A DNA stretch of 64,000 bases from Candidatus Poribacteria bacterium (lineage in GTDB: Bacteria; Poribacteria; WGA-4E; WGA-3G). The stretch spans positions 3,584,001-3,648,000 of the forward strand of contig OZ242029.1 in the NCBI GenBank assembly GCA_965205015.1, in the 5' to 3' direction. Below the pieces are notes generated by a model. The model saw nothing but the letters and a program-made list of their open reading frames with translations, ran no database searches and was not told the origin of the DNA. Numbering within the stretch: position 1 is the stretch's first letter; each line of letters opens with the position of its first letter. The translations under genes were made by a program, and so were the position numbers. Below are positions 30,644-40,124 of the stretch, piece by piece.

Positions 30644-32080
30644 TCAAATATCGGAACGGAAGAACTTCAGAAACGCTACCGCCGTAAACGCTACAGCGAA
30701 GAAACAGAGTAGAAGGACATCCACTGCTGAGCGACGCACTGTATCCGATAAAGAAGGCTCTGTCAGGGTTGGTGGTGGTGGGAGTTCCTCTGTTTCGGAT
30801 TCACCATTCAGCTGACTCCCCAATTGTAAGATCTGTGCCAACGCGTCGTCCGAAATTTGGCTGAAATACGCATCATCGAGTTGATCGTAGTACCGCTCCC
30901 CCGTTTGAAGGTAGGTGTCCCTCTTGAGTTTGCCGGTTTGTGTGAGGTTCATCGCGAAATAGGTGAGTGAGGCGGTGGGTGCGATCCGGGAAAGCATCTC
31001 GCCGACCTGTTCTTGCCGATCTTTTTCGCGTTGATAGTCCCTATCAATCTTGTCCGCTCGATTCTGGAACGCCTGTCGAAACTCTTCCTCAATCGGTCCT
31101 CTAAGTTTATCCAACCGTTTCTGCGTCTCTGGATCGCTTAGGTCTAGACCAATAGAACCCCCACTCTCGAAAGCCAGCGCCATTTTTTGCCAAATCTTCT
31201 CGTCCTTATCCTTCGTTAGGTTATTGTGAAGTGCGCTTTTTTCCATATAAACCGCTTGCTGTGTCCGGGTGGGTGCGACAAGTTTAGCGACGACGAATGC
31301 ACCGCGGGGTGCAATCAACACCGCAAATACCCAAAACGTAAAAGCGACAATCAGCGCAGTCTTAGCGTTGTCGAGATACGTTGAAATGACGACACCTATT
31401 GCAAAAAACACCGCAATATAGAGCAGCGAGACGAGCGTCAGACCCAACACAGGCAGCGCAACTTTCAGCTCACCAAGTGGAAAGCCTTGCCAGACGAGCA
31501 GGAGTAACCCCAAGAGGAAGGACACTAAAAACGGAATAACGAACACAATATATCCACCGATCAGCTTGCTCCACAAAAACACATCTCGGGGCAGGGGATT
31601 TGATAGGTTTATCCGAAGGGTGCCTGCCTCTTTCTCCCCCGCAACCGCATCACACGTAAACAGGAGTGCCAACAGACTGAAAACGATCCCGACGATAAAT
31701 AGGAAATCCAGGTTCCCGAGTGCATACGCCACGGATGCTTGCGAAACCCCTGCTGACCCTTGTCGCACACCATTCCGTGTCATCCCAAGATAGGTCGGCA
31801 GTGCCTCCTCTAAACCGCTCGCGAAGACGCTTAGCGGCGTGGGCTTGAGGAAGAATTTAGAAACTTCCGTGTTTGGGTCTGGGGTATTCGGAGGATTTTC
31901 TTTCGCTTCTGTCCGTTCGCGTTTTACCGCCTCTTGATAATCTGTTAAGTTCTGGCTATATCTCCGATAATTGATCGAGAGCGTGAGCGGGATGAGTAAA
32001 GCACACATCAGCAGGAGCGCGATAAACCGGACGCTGAGAATGTGATGCATCATCTCTTTTTGAATCAATGTCGTTAGCAT
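30644..32080 (-). CDS. ABC-2 type permease, copy 1
   Basis: Paralogue of the neighbouring genes. Confidence 0.88.
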   Translation of the reverse strand: MLTTLIQKEMMHHILSVRFIALLLMCALLIPLTLSINYRRYSQNLTDYQEAVKRERTEAKENPPNTPDPNTEVSKFFLKPTPLSVFASGLEEALPTYLGMTRNGVRQGSAGVSQASVAYALGNLDFLFIVGIVFSLLALLFTCDAVAGEKEAGTLRINLSNPLPRDVFLWSKLIGGYIVFVIPFLVSFLLGLLLLVWQGFPLGELKVALPVLGLTLVSLLYIAVFFAIGVVISTYLDNAKTALIVAFTFWVFAVLIAPRGAFVVAKLVAPTRTQQAVYMEKSALHNNLTKDKDEKIWQKMALAFESGGSIGLDLSDPETQKRLDKLRGPIEEEFRQAFQNRADKIDRDYQREKDRQEQVGEMLSRIAPTASLTYFAMNLTQTGKLKRDTYLQTGERYYDQLDDAYFSQISDDALAQILQLGSQLNGESETEELPPPPTLTEPSLSDTVRRSAVDVLLLCFFAVAFTAVAFLKFFRSDI

Positions 32081-32155
32081 GATAATTTCTCCTGCGTTTT
32101 TTACGTGAGTTCGGTTGCATCTCTTTTACCGAACTCACGTTATTATAGAGTGAAG

Positions 32156-33412
32156 TCAATCGAGGGATAACACGTCAGCGGACAACAATACCGATAGTTG
32201 CTGAAGGATGTCCTGTCCTTCTTCCGATTTCAGAAATTCCGCGCCGAGTTGCGATTCGAGTTGCGCCTGTAGCTGTTCCTTAATTTGGCTTCCCACCTGT
32301 GGGAGTGCTTGTTTGAAGATATCCATTCCCGTTGGCGTTTTGAGAAAGTCTTTTCCGAATTGTGCTTCAACTTGAGAGACAATTTCTTTCTCCAAAGCAC
32401 CAAGCATTTTCGGCACGAATTGTTTGATGATCAGTTTTTCAGTTGCCTGTTTCAGTTGCTGCCTGCCTGCTTGTGTCTTGAGAAACGCCTTTCCGTGTTG
32501 TTTGTGTAAGTCTCGCACAATGTCGGCGAGCGCGGAGAACCCCATTTTGTTGCTATCATAAATGTCTCTTTGCGGTCCGTTTCGATAGAGTTTTCCACTG
32601 AGACTTAGGTTGAGACGGTAGTGTTCACAACGAACGATAGGTATCATCCCACCTTCCTGTGTCCACAGCATTTGTTGCCCCTCTTTCTCAGAGGGCCGAA
32701 TCTCGTAGAGATAACTGCACGGCAGTGTCGGATCCGACGCATCTTCGGTGAGAACGCCGGGGACGCCGGCTGTTGTATCTGCTGGGCAGAGGAGAACTTT
32801 TGCGTCCAGATACTGCGGCGAAAGTTCGGAAAGCCACTGCGGATATGCATCGGCGTTGGCAGCCTTATACTCATCAAGGGCGCGTTTGATCTGCCGCAAA
32901 TTTTCTCTACACGTCTCAATCCCTTTGAGAGCCTCAGAACTCTGTTGCTCTGAGAGTGAGGCGAGTTCGTAAGGATAGGCATCTGCTAAGAGACACCGGT
33001 TGAGGCGCACCAATGCTTCCCCACCTTGCGGATTTTCTGCGATGAGTGCCTGTGTCTGTTCACTGAGTTCAATATTGGCGAACCGTTGCGCATCGTAAAG
33101 AGAACCCGCTTGAAGCAGTCGATTTAGGTCTGAAAGCAGTACTTCCTGCTGCCGAGGGGATGGGGTGCTTGCGCCATTGTATCCGAGTAACACCCACTGC
33201 ATATCTTCGGACAATTGCGATGCGATCAATTCGGACACCGGCGCACGCGTATCTTGGAGTTTCACGATCAAACTGCCGGGGTCTTTCATCGCCTCTCTAT
33301 TAAAGAGGAACTGATCTGTGCCTGCCTGTAGCGGCAGTTGCATGCTTATAGTTATCAGTAAAGTGACGAATAGAAGCGTTATTGACTTGGATCGTTCAAT
33401 GGTTTTTAACAT
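32156..33412 (-). CDS. Secreted hypothetical protein with internal pilin/GspG-like segment and three C-terminal helical repeats
   Basis: Signal peptide; 'CRENLRQIKRALDEY..YP..L..L..YL..CP'; GxxFLK(T/S)xxG three times. Confidence 0.7.
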   Translation of the reverse strand: MLKTIERSKSITLLFVTLLITISMQLPLQAGTDQFLFNREAMKDPGSLIVKLQDTRAPVSELIASQLSEDMQWVLLGYNGASTPSPRQQEVLLSDLNRLLQAGSLYDAQRFANIELSEQTQALIAENPQGGEALVRLNRCLLADAYPYELASLSEQQSSEALKGIETCRENLRQIKRALDEYKAANADAYPQWLSELSPQYLDAKVLLCPADTTAGVPGVLTEDASDPTLPCSYLYEIRPSEKEGQQMLWTQEGGMIPIVRCEHYRLNLSLSGKLYRNGPQRDIYDSNKMGFSALADIVRDLHKQHGKAFLKTQAGRQQLKQATEKLIIKQFVPKMLGALEKEIVSQVEAQFGKDFLKTPTGMDIFKQALPQVGSQIKEQLQAQLESQLGAEFLKSEEGQDILQQLSVLLSADVLSLD

Positions 33413-33459
33413 TTTTCAAAATCTCCTTAGGGTGTTGTATATTTCAGGTTTCTTATTGG

Positions 33460-33545
33460 GTGGCACAACCTAACAGGTTATGCTACGAAAGTGGCACAGA
33501 CTAACAGTCTATGCTACAACCGCACAACCTAACAGGTTATGCTAC
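33460..33545. repeat. Three tandem REP-like hairpins
   Basis: GCACA(AC/GA)CTAACAG(GT/TC)TATGCTAC three times, 4 nt apart. Confidence 0.8.
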
Positions 33546-33557
33546 AGGTTAATGACA

Positions 33558-36500
33558 TTAATCGGCTTCATCAATTGTGAAACGTAGCACGCCGTGACCA
33601 GGCGTCCCCACATAAAGTGTGTTACCATCAACAGCAAGAGAGGCAATCTTGATCGGAACTTCAGGTGTAACGTGTTTCCATGTGCTTGAATTCTCTTTCA
33701 ATTGATATATCTGTTGCTCAGTGGCGCCGTATACCGTTGTGCCGTCCACTGCAATTTTTTCTATGACAATCGGTGTGCCTTCCGCATCGGTTGCCGTGTG
33801 CCAGTGAATCCCATCGCTTGAGTACGTAACACCTTTATCGGTTGCCACGTAAAGCGTCGGTCCGGCGAAGGCGATAGCCTTGAATTGGGGAACAGAAAAC
33901 GGGAGGTTTGTCGTAACATCGTTCCAAGTGTCGCCTTCATCAAACGATTGAAGGAGATGGCCGTCCCGTTTGCCAACGTAAATCGTTTTACCTGAGACGC
34001 CAATTTTGAAATCAACGGAACCCTGAGCCTCAAGGGCAGCAATAGAATGAATAGACTCGCCTGCATCCGCTAAGCCAGTATTGAACCATTCAGTCATACC
34101 GGGCTTCCACCTGAAGAGTTGCTGGTTATATTCCATATAGTAAGTACTACCGCTGACAGCAAAACTTCCCAAATATATCTGAATGAGTTTAATCATACTT
34201 TCCTCGAAAACCTCACTGACAAATGTGCTGAACATATCCATATCAAAGTCTTCAGGTTTTAAATCAAAGTCTTCAGGTTTTAATCCTGTGTCTTCCTCAA
34301 TATTTTTCTCAAGTTCATCTCGTACGGGTTCCCGAAGCGCGTTTTTGACTGTTTCACCGATCAGTGTTTCAATGCTTATTTTCTCCAAACTCGGCATTCC
34401 AGGGACAGGCACTAATCCGTTATTCTCAGCAGCGACTCGGAAAAGTTGCGGTGCTGTCTCTTTGATACCTTTGACGTAGACACTATCGTTAAATTTCATC
34501 ATACTTGTGGGCATTTCAGCTTGATAATGTAAAATGGCAATTTCAGGATGTAAAACACGGGTCCACGATTCACCCCCATCAAGCGAGGCAACAAGTTCTG
34601 TCGCTGTTTTTGCATAGAGCGTATTATTGGCATAGACCAACTTGTCCACACCCGTCCTCACCAATCCTGTGCTAAACGGCTGCCATGTTTTACCTGCATC
34701 GGTCGTGCGATGAATCCCAAATGAACCACTTTTATAAAAGGTGTTCGCATCCGAGACGACAGTGGTGGAAGTCTCTCCTATAGCTGCGGTCCCTGCCCCT
34801 AAAGATATCCATGTCTCCCCGGCATCATTTGAGTAATAACTCCTACCGCCATATACGACTGAAAGTCTTTCTTGTGCTGCCACCATTTTGACGCTGGCAA
34901 GCCTTTCCGTTTCTGAGGTGTCATCCAGTTTTGGGTTGGCAGGTCCAACGGCAAGCATAAATCCATCGTCTCCCTCGGAAACTGCTTTTGCGAAATCTAT
35001 TGTCTGCCACGAATCTCCGAGGTCTATTGAATGGTAAAGCGACAGGGAGGTATTATTAGTTGTCCCTGATATGCCGATCGAAAAGTTAAAAGACTTAGCG
35101 CCGGGTCCGACGGCAACATAGAGGCGGTGATCAGTACTTGCCAATGCGCTAATATTTTGGGCTTCCGCTGCGGGTAATTGCAATTGCTCCCAACCTCCCG
35201 AACTGTGGCGATAGAGCCCATCGTCCGTCCCGACAAAGAGCGTGTTTTCAATAGCGGCGATTGCCTGAATTTTCCTATCGGTGAGTTTTCCGTCGGTAAG
35301 AGATGTCCACGATTTACCGGCATCCACAGAGCGAAATACACCATTAGCAAGTCCCAAGTACATTATAATATTGGCTTGCGCCCCAGGTGCCGCATCCGTT
35401 ATCAGCGTGCCAATTAATTGCCCTTCTGGACGCGTTCCCAATGAATTCCATGTTCTACCGCTATCTGCGGAAGCCAGGACTTCGGTACCGGAAACGATAT
35501 AAAGGGTATCCTGATGTTCTACCATTTGCCAGGACCCCTTAATGGACCCGTCAATGTTGACAGGTCTCCACGTGCTTCTATCGTCTGTTAACCTATAGAT
35601 ATCCGTGCCGACTCTGGCATAAGCGTCGCCGTTAGATGTGATAAAAAGATTGTTGACTATCCCGCCTTCGGGACCCTTCGTTTGGGTCCACTGCGGTTTC
35701 AGGGTTGAGACCTCTGTCGTGTTGACGGGCAGTGTGGCGAAAAGGGATTCGTCGGGTTTCTGACCTGCCCCGGGGCTTTTACCCGGGAGTGCTGAACTTC
35801 CCGCTTGACTCCGAACTGCGGGTTTCGCAGGGGAATCGTAAACAAAAACTGTGTCAATAATCTCAACCGTCGGTTCCGATGTTGCATCGAGGTTGTAAGG
35901 TCTCTGAAAGCGGGAGAGATACTGCGTGCCAACACCCATCATAAGAAAAATGAGAACAGCGGAAGCGGCAGAAACTGCCAAAGGGGCTACCGGCTTCCCC
36001 GTAGGCGCAGGCACGGGGCTCAGGCGCGAAACTTCCTGCATGATGTTTTCTGTCAATTGATCCGGGAGTTGGAAGCTGCCAAGATTCTCCTGAAGCACGC
36101 CTTCCTCTTTCCGTAAACGGTTACGGGCGCGGCTGAGGCGGCTTTTGACGGTATTCTGGGAGACACCGAGGAACTCGGAAATGGATTTGATCGTCATCTC
36201 GCCAAGGTAATGCAGCATCATCACCGTCCGTTCACTTTCTGGCAGTTTACGGAGCAGTTTCTTGACGACTTCGCGACGGGTTTCATCGGCTTCGGCTGCC
36301 TGTTTTTCTGCCTGATATCTGGAATATGACACTTTGTCCACCTCATTCGTATTGTCAGCGTCTAAGGATTCCATCGGTAGGCGATTCCTCCGGAGGTAAT
36401 CGTTAGATAGGTTTGCCGCAATGACATAAAGCCATCCTGGGAATTGGTTAGGGTTTTTCAGGGTCCCGAGTTTCTGGTACGCTTTGAGAAACGCGTCCTG

Positions 36501-36647
36501 TGTAATCTCTTGTGCGATGTGAAAATCACCGATCTTCCGCCACACCAGCGTGTGAACGCCTTTCTGATATTTCTTGACTAACGGGGTGAACGCGTCTTGG
36601 TCCCCTTGGAGTATCCGCTGGATGAGTTGAGCGTCGTTCTGTTCCAT
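33558..36647 (-). CDS. ECF sigma factor fused to TM helix and beta-propeller, paralogue
   Basis: Same architecture as 18151-21291; GGAGG RBS. Confidence 0.9.
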   Translation of the reverse strand: MEQNDAQLIQRILQGDQDAFTPLVKKYQKGVHTLVWRKIGDFHIAQEITQDAFLKAYQKLGTLKNPNQFPGWLYVIAANLSNDYLRRNRLPMESLDADNTNEVDKVSYSRYQAEKQAAEADETRREVVKKLLRKLPESERTVMMLHYLGEMTIKSISEFLGVSQNTVKSRLSRARNRLRKEEGVLQENLGSFQLPDQLTENIMQEVSRLSPVPAPTGKPVAPLAVSAASAVLIFLMMGVGTQYLSRFQRPYNLDATSEPTVEIIDTVFVYDSPAKPAVRSQAGSSALPGKSPGAGQKPDESLFATLPVNTTEVSTLKPQWTQTKGPEGGIVNNLFITSNGDAYARVGTDIYRLTDDRSTWRPVNIDGSIKGSWQMVEHQDTLYIVSGTEVLASADSGRTWNSLGTRPEGQLIGTLITDAAPGAQANIIMYLGLANGVFRSVDAGKSWTSLTDGKLTDRKIQAIAAIENTLFVGTDDGLYRHSSGGWEQLQLPAAEAQNISALASTDHRLYVAVGPGAKSFNFSIGISGTTNNTSLSLYHSIDLGDSWQTIDFAKAVSEGDDGFMLAVGPANPKLDDTSETERLASVKMVAAQERLSVVYGGRSYYSNDAGETWISLGAGTAAIGETSTTVVSDANTFYKSGSFGIHRTTDAGKTWQPFSTGLVRTGVDKLVYANNTLYAKTATELVASLDGGESWTRVLHPEIAILHYQAEMPTSMMKFNDSVYVKGIKETAPQLFRVAAENNGLVPVPGMPSLEKISIETLIGETVKNALREPVRDELEKNIEEDTGLKPEDFDLKPEDFDMDMFSTFVSEVFEESMIKLIQIYLGSFAVSGSTYYMEYNQQLFRWKPGMTEWFNTGLADAGESIHSIAALEAQGSVDFKIGVSGKTIYVGKRDGHLLQSFDEGDTWNDVTTNLPFSVPQFKAIAFAGPTLYVATDKGVTYSSDGIHWHTATDAEGTPIVIEKIAVDGTTVYGATEQQIYQLKENSSTWKHVTPEVPIKIASLAVDGNTLYVGTPGHGVLRFTIDEAD

Positions 36648-36674
36648 TACAAACTACCTCCGGAATCGTGTGTT

Positions 36675-36833
36675 ATCCATTGATTAGAGTGACGTAACAT
36701 GGGTGCGGAAAGGTTGCATTATTTTATCAAAAAGGTAAATGTTCGACAAACGGATTCACCGAACAGATTTTTGAAATTTAACATCCATTGACTTAGGTGA
36801 CGTAACTTAGATTTCAAAAGGTTGCATTATTTT
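36675..36833 (-). promoter_or_regulatory. Two tandem putative ECF promoters
   Basis: AAAATAATGCAACCTTT-N10-GTTACGTCAC at 36675-36725 and 36783-36833. Confidence 0.72.
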
Positions 36834-37053
36834 CTAATTTTCTTTTATACTTGTTGAAGTATGTGTTATACTATAGCAATCAGCAGTCAGTAGTCAGCGG
36901 TCAGAAAGAGGGATAGGTTCACCCAAAAACCTCTTCGCTGATAGCCATAGTATACAGACTTTTGATGCAACTTGCTGGTTTACGTGAAGATTGAAAAAGT
37001 AAATGAGGTAATTGTTTGTGTGAACCACGACATGCGCAACTCGGAGGCATAGC

Positions 37054-37872
37054 ATGGAACACCATATAACAGATGAACAGTGGGAACATTTTTGGGAAAA
37101 CGGTTACGTGCGCATCGGACAAGTCGCGACGGATGCCGAACTCGAGGGACTGCAAGCGCGGATGGATGACATCATGCTCGGTAAAGCACCGCTGGATTAT
37201 GACCAGATCATGATGCAATTGGACCGGGCGCCCGGAAAAAACTCGCCGGGACCGCAGTCTAAGGGACACAAAGGTGCCACGTTGCTGTATCGGAAAATAC
37301 AGAACCTGGAGCTCGATCCGATCTTTTTGGAATATCTCCAGAAACCCGTTTTTCAAGAGGTGTGCGCGAAAATCTATGGAGATGACACCCCTGTTGCCTG
37401 TTTCCGGGCAATGTTTATGAATAAACCCGCACACGAAGGCACGCAGCTGACATGGCATCAAGACAGGTGGAGAGATCTCGATCGGGATCCGCAGATTACG
37501 ATTTATACCGCGCTGGATCCGGCAATGATTGAGAATGGTTGTGTACATATCATCCCGAAGTCGCATAGCAGGCTCATCAACCCTGAAAACGGATCCGGTT
37601 TTCTCACACAGGAACACATTGACGACATCGTCGCGAAGGCGACACCGCTCCCGATGGAGTTGAAGGCTGGTGAAGTCGTCTTACTCCACAATTGGATGCT
37701 ACACAGTTCCGGGACAAACGATACGGATATTCCGCGGCGGGCGTTTAGTGTCTGCTATATGCATGGTGAGACGCAGTCACATCACGGGCATACCTTTACG
37801 CGGGTGTTCGGCGACGGGGCGATCAGTGTTGACGATTTATCGAAGTTTAAGTATGAAAGCCCAATCGTTTAA
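37054..37872 (+). CDS. PhyH family dioxygenase
   Basis: 'FMNKPA..WHQD', 'ENGCVHIIPKSH', 'LHSSGTN..RRA'. Confidence 0.9.
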   Translation: MEHHITDEQWEHFWENGYVRIGQVATDAELEGLQARMDDIMLGKAPLDYDQIMMQLDRAPGKNSPGPQSKGHKGATLLYRKIQNLELDPIFLEYLQKPVFQEVCAKIYGDDTPVACFRAMFMNKPAHEGTQLTWHQDRWRDLDRDPQITIYTALDPAMIENGCVHIIPKSHSRLINPENGSGFLTQEHIDDIVAKATPLPMELKAGEVVLLHNWMLHSSGTNDTDIPRRAFSVCYMHGETQSHHGHTFTRVFGDGAISVDDLSKFKYESPIV

Positions 37873-37886
37873 AAAAGGAGAAAAAT

Positions 37887-38891
37887 ATGGCGAAAATTCG
37901 ACTTGCCATGATTGGATGTGGCGGAAACTCCTCAGGTCACGCCAGACGCATGAATGAAAATCCTGACGTGCAAATCGTCGGTACCTGCGATGTGAATACC
38001 GACATTGCTAACGGCTATATCGATCGGAACCTGTCCGATCTGAGTCCACGTCCGGGGGCTTATGACGACATCGGCGCGATGCTGAAAGAGACCTCGCCGG
38101 ATGCCGTGGTTATCTCTACACCGCACACGCTCCATTTTGAGCAAGGGATGCAGGCACTTGAGGCGGGATGCCACGTTTTGATGGAAAAGCCGATGGTCAC
38201 GTCTTCTAAAGATGCCTATACTATCGCAGAAAAGGTGGAAGCGACTGGACTCACCCTTACGATCGGCTACAATACGCCATGTACACCCAATTTCTATTAT
38301 ACCCGAGAAATTATCCGTAGCGGGGAATTCGGCAAGCTGGAATTGGTCATTGGCTATATTACGCAGGGCTGGAAAGGTGGCACAACGGGAACGTGGCGGC
38401 AGAACCCGAAACTCTCTGGCGGTGGACAAGCCTACGACAGTGGCGCACACCTTCTGAACAGTCTCTGCTGGGCGGTCGAGTCGAAAGTCGCTGAAGTCTA
38501 TGCCTATACAGACAACCAGGACCGGGACGTTGACATCAATTCCTCGATTAACGTCAAGTTTGAAAACGGTGTCCTCGCGGCGATGGCGGTGAGTGGCAAT
38601 TGCCCAAGTCCCGGTGGTACACACATGGCGTTAGTCTTTGAGAACGGCAGGATCGAGGTTGACGGTTGGGGTGGCGGTTGGATTCGCGTCTGGAAAGGTG
38701 GCGAAGCGTTGGATCCGCCTCCGATTTCAGATGACATGTCCGCGGGTTCACCCGATGACAATTTCATTGATACTATCTTGGGCAGAGCGGAACCCCGTAC
38801 CAGTCCGATGAACGGGATTATCCAATCCGAGTTGATGGATCTCATCTATGAATCTGCGGAAACGGGTGTCCCAGCACGTCCAGAACGCTAA
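37887..38891 (+). CDS. Gfo/Idh/MocA oxidoreductase
   Basis: IGCGG, 'ISTPHTLH', EKP, 'GGG..D.GAH'. Confidence 0.9.
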   Translation: MAKIRLAMIGCGGNSSGHARRMNENPDVQIVGTCDVNTDIANGYIDRNLSDLSPRPGAYDDIGAMLKETSPDAVVISTPHTLHFEQGMQALEAGCHVLMEKPMVTSSKDAYTIAEKVEATGLTLTIGYNTPCTPNFYYTREIIRSGEFGKLELVIGYITQGWKGGTTGTWRQNPKLSGGGQAYDSGAHLLNSLCWAVESKVAEVYAYTDNQDRDVDINSSINVKFENGVLAAMAVSGNCPSPGGTHMALVFENGRIEVDGWGGGWIRVWKGGEALDPPPISDDMSAGSPDDNFIDTILGRAEPRTSPMNGIIQSELMDLIYESAETGVPARPER

Positions 38892-38942
38892 ACCGATGCA
38901 TCCTTTTGGAAAGAAGTTGTAGGCGCGGTTTCCCAATCGCGC

Positions 38943-40112
38943 TTACTGCAACGTCGCGCCTTCAGGGCGAGGTGCTGTTGGTCGGATAGGCATCTTCTCA
39001 TAAGAATGGTATGTGAGGTCTGCTAAATGTGACGTTTCAATTCGGATGTGTCCTTCCGCCCGCGAGTGCATGAGTGCATCGAGAACACCCGTCACGAGGA
39101 GCGTCCGTTCCACAGGATACTGCGGTTCCCCTGTCACGAACATCTCTTCGATATTAAGACTCAAATAACTGAAATGCGCATGCGGTGGTCCGTTCTGTAG
39201 ATAAAATTCGGTTGCGTAGTGGGTATCGCCTGCCTTCGCCGCGTAAGCGAAATCAGAGACGTACCCGGTCAGCATCAGCACAGTAGAACGAAATCCATCG
39301 CTATGCTCCAACAGAAACGCCGTTGGATTCGGGCAACCCTCTATAAACGGAGTATCCGGACGATTTTCAATCTGTGCACACGCCTTTTCTGCTAAATCAA
39401 GAGACCACTTTCCTGCTTCACCCGCCTCCCAGACCGCGTCGCCTTCCAGACACTGAATTGCCACGATGCCGGACTCGCCGCCTTGCCGACGTTCGATCAT
39501 ACATTGCAGCGTCTCCAGTGAATGAAAACCGTAGGACTCTACACCGGCGTAACCGATACCGATGGCGGTTTCGAGTTCTGTATCAAGCGGATGTTCCAAA
39601 AAGGGGTTCCGCCAAGAGAGCGGTAGCGAGGAACCCGCCATAAACGGGACGTCGAGTGCCTTCGCGCGGTGATACATCCATATCGCGTCGTCCCAATTGT
39701 AGGAGAGGTGTTTATCACAGAAAACAGGCACCGACCTGCCGCTTGAGGCAAAGACACCGCAAATCTGCTCGAGCATATAGCGGCGCGGGTACATGTGTTG
39801 TCCGATTTCGTTATACGGGTAATCGCCGTGTTCGCCGATGAGTAGCACACCATCGACAGCCAATTCATTCCCACCGAGCGTTAAGGCTTGTCGAATACTC
39901 GGATAGATAGGGACGTTATGCTCGGCGGCTAAACCGACCCCGATGTCTCGGTCGTCTACCTGATCGAGATAGATGGAGGTCAATTCCACACGAGGCATCC
40001 GAAGTCCGGTATCCGTTGGGAACCCCTTCATGTACTTCGTAGCAATTACATCTGCGTGCGAGTGTTGATAATACGTCGTGATGATTGCGGCAATTTTCTT
40101 GGGCGTGTTCAT
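38943..40112 (-). CDS. Conserved hypothetical protein, Gfo/Idh/MocA-like fold
   Basis: 'SHADVI', 'IGEHGDYP', DKHL, 'AGSSLP', 'YGFHSLE', 'YPVERTLL'. Confidence 0.7.
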   Translation of the reverse strand: MNTPKKIAAIITTYYQHSHADVIATKYMKGFPTDTGLRMPRVELTSIYLDQVDDRDIGVGLAAEHNVPIYPSIRQALTLGGNELAVDGVLLIGEHGDYPYNEIGQHMYPRRYMLEQICGVFASSGRSVPVFCDKHLSYNWDDAIWMYHRAKALDVPFMAGSSLPLSWRNPFLEHPLDTELETAIGIGYAGVESYGFHSLETLQCMIERRQGGESGIVAIQCLEGDAVWEAGEAGKWSLDLAEKACAQIENRPDTPFIEGCPNPTAFLLEHSDGFRSTVLMLTGYVSDFAYAAKAGDTHYATEFYLQNGPPHAHFSYLSLNIEEMFVTGEPQYPVERTLLVTGVLDALMHSRAEGHIRIETSHLADLTYHSYEKMPIRPTAPRPEGATLQ

Positions 40113-40124
40113 TGTTTCTCCAAT

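Noticed and set aside
27490-32080. Diversity-generating retroelement behind the paralogue variation
   Set aside because: No reverse transcriptase; differences include indels and are not adenine-specific.
33460-33545. Possible mini-CRISPR array
   Set aside because: Units are only 4 nt apart, there are no spacers or cas genes, and it matches the REP family.
36919-37617. Long alternative ORFs (also 9769-10431, 22649-23395, 37932-38624, 43214-43990, 55112-55831)
   Set aside because: Antisense or off-frame shadows of well-supported genes, with no recognisable motifs.
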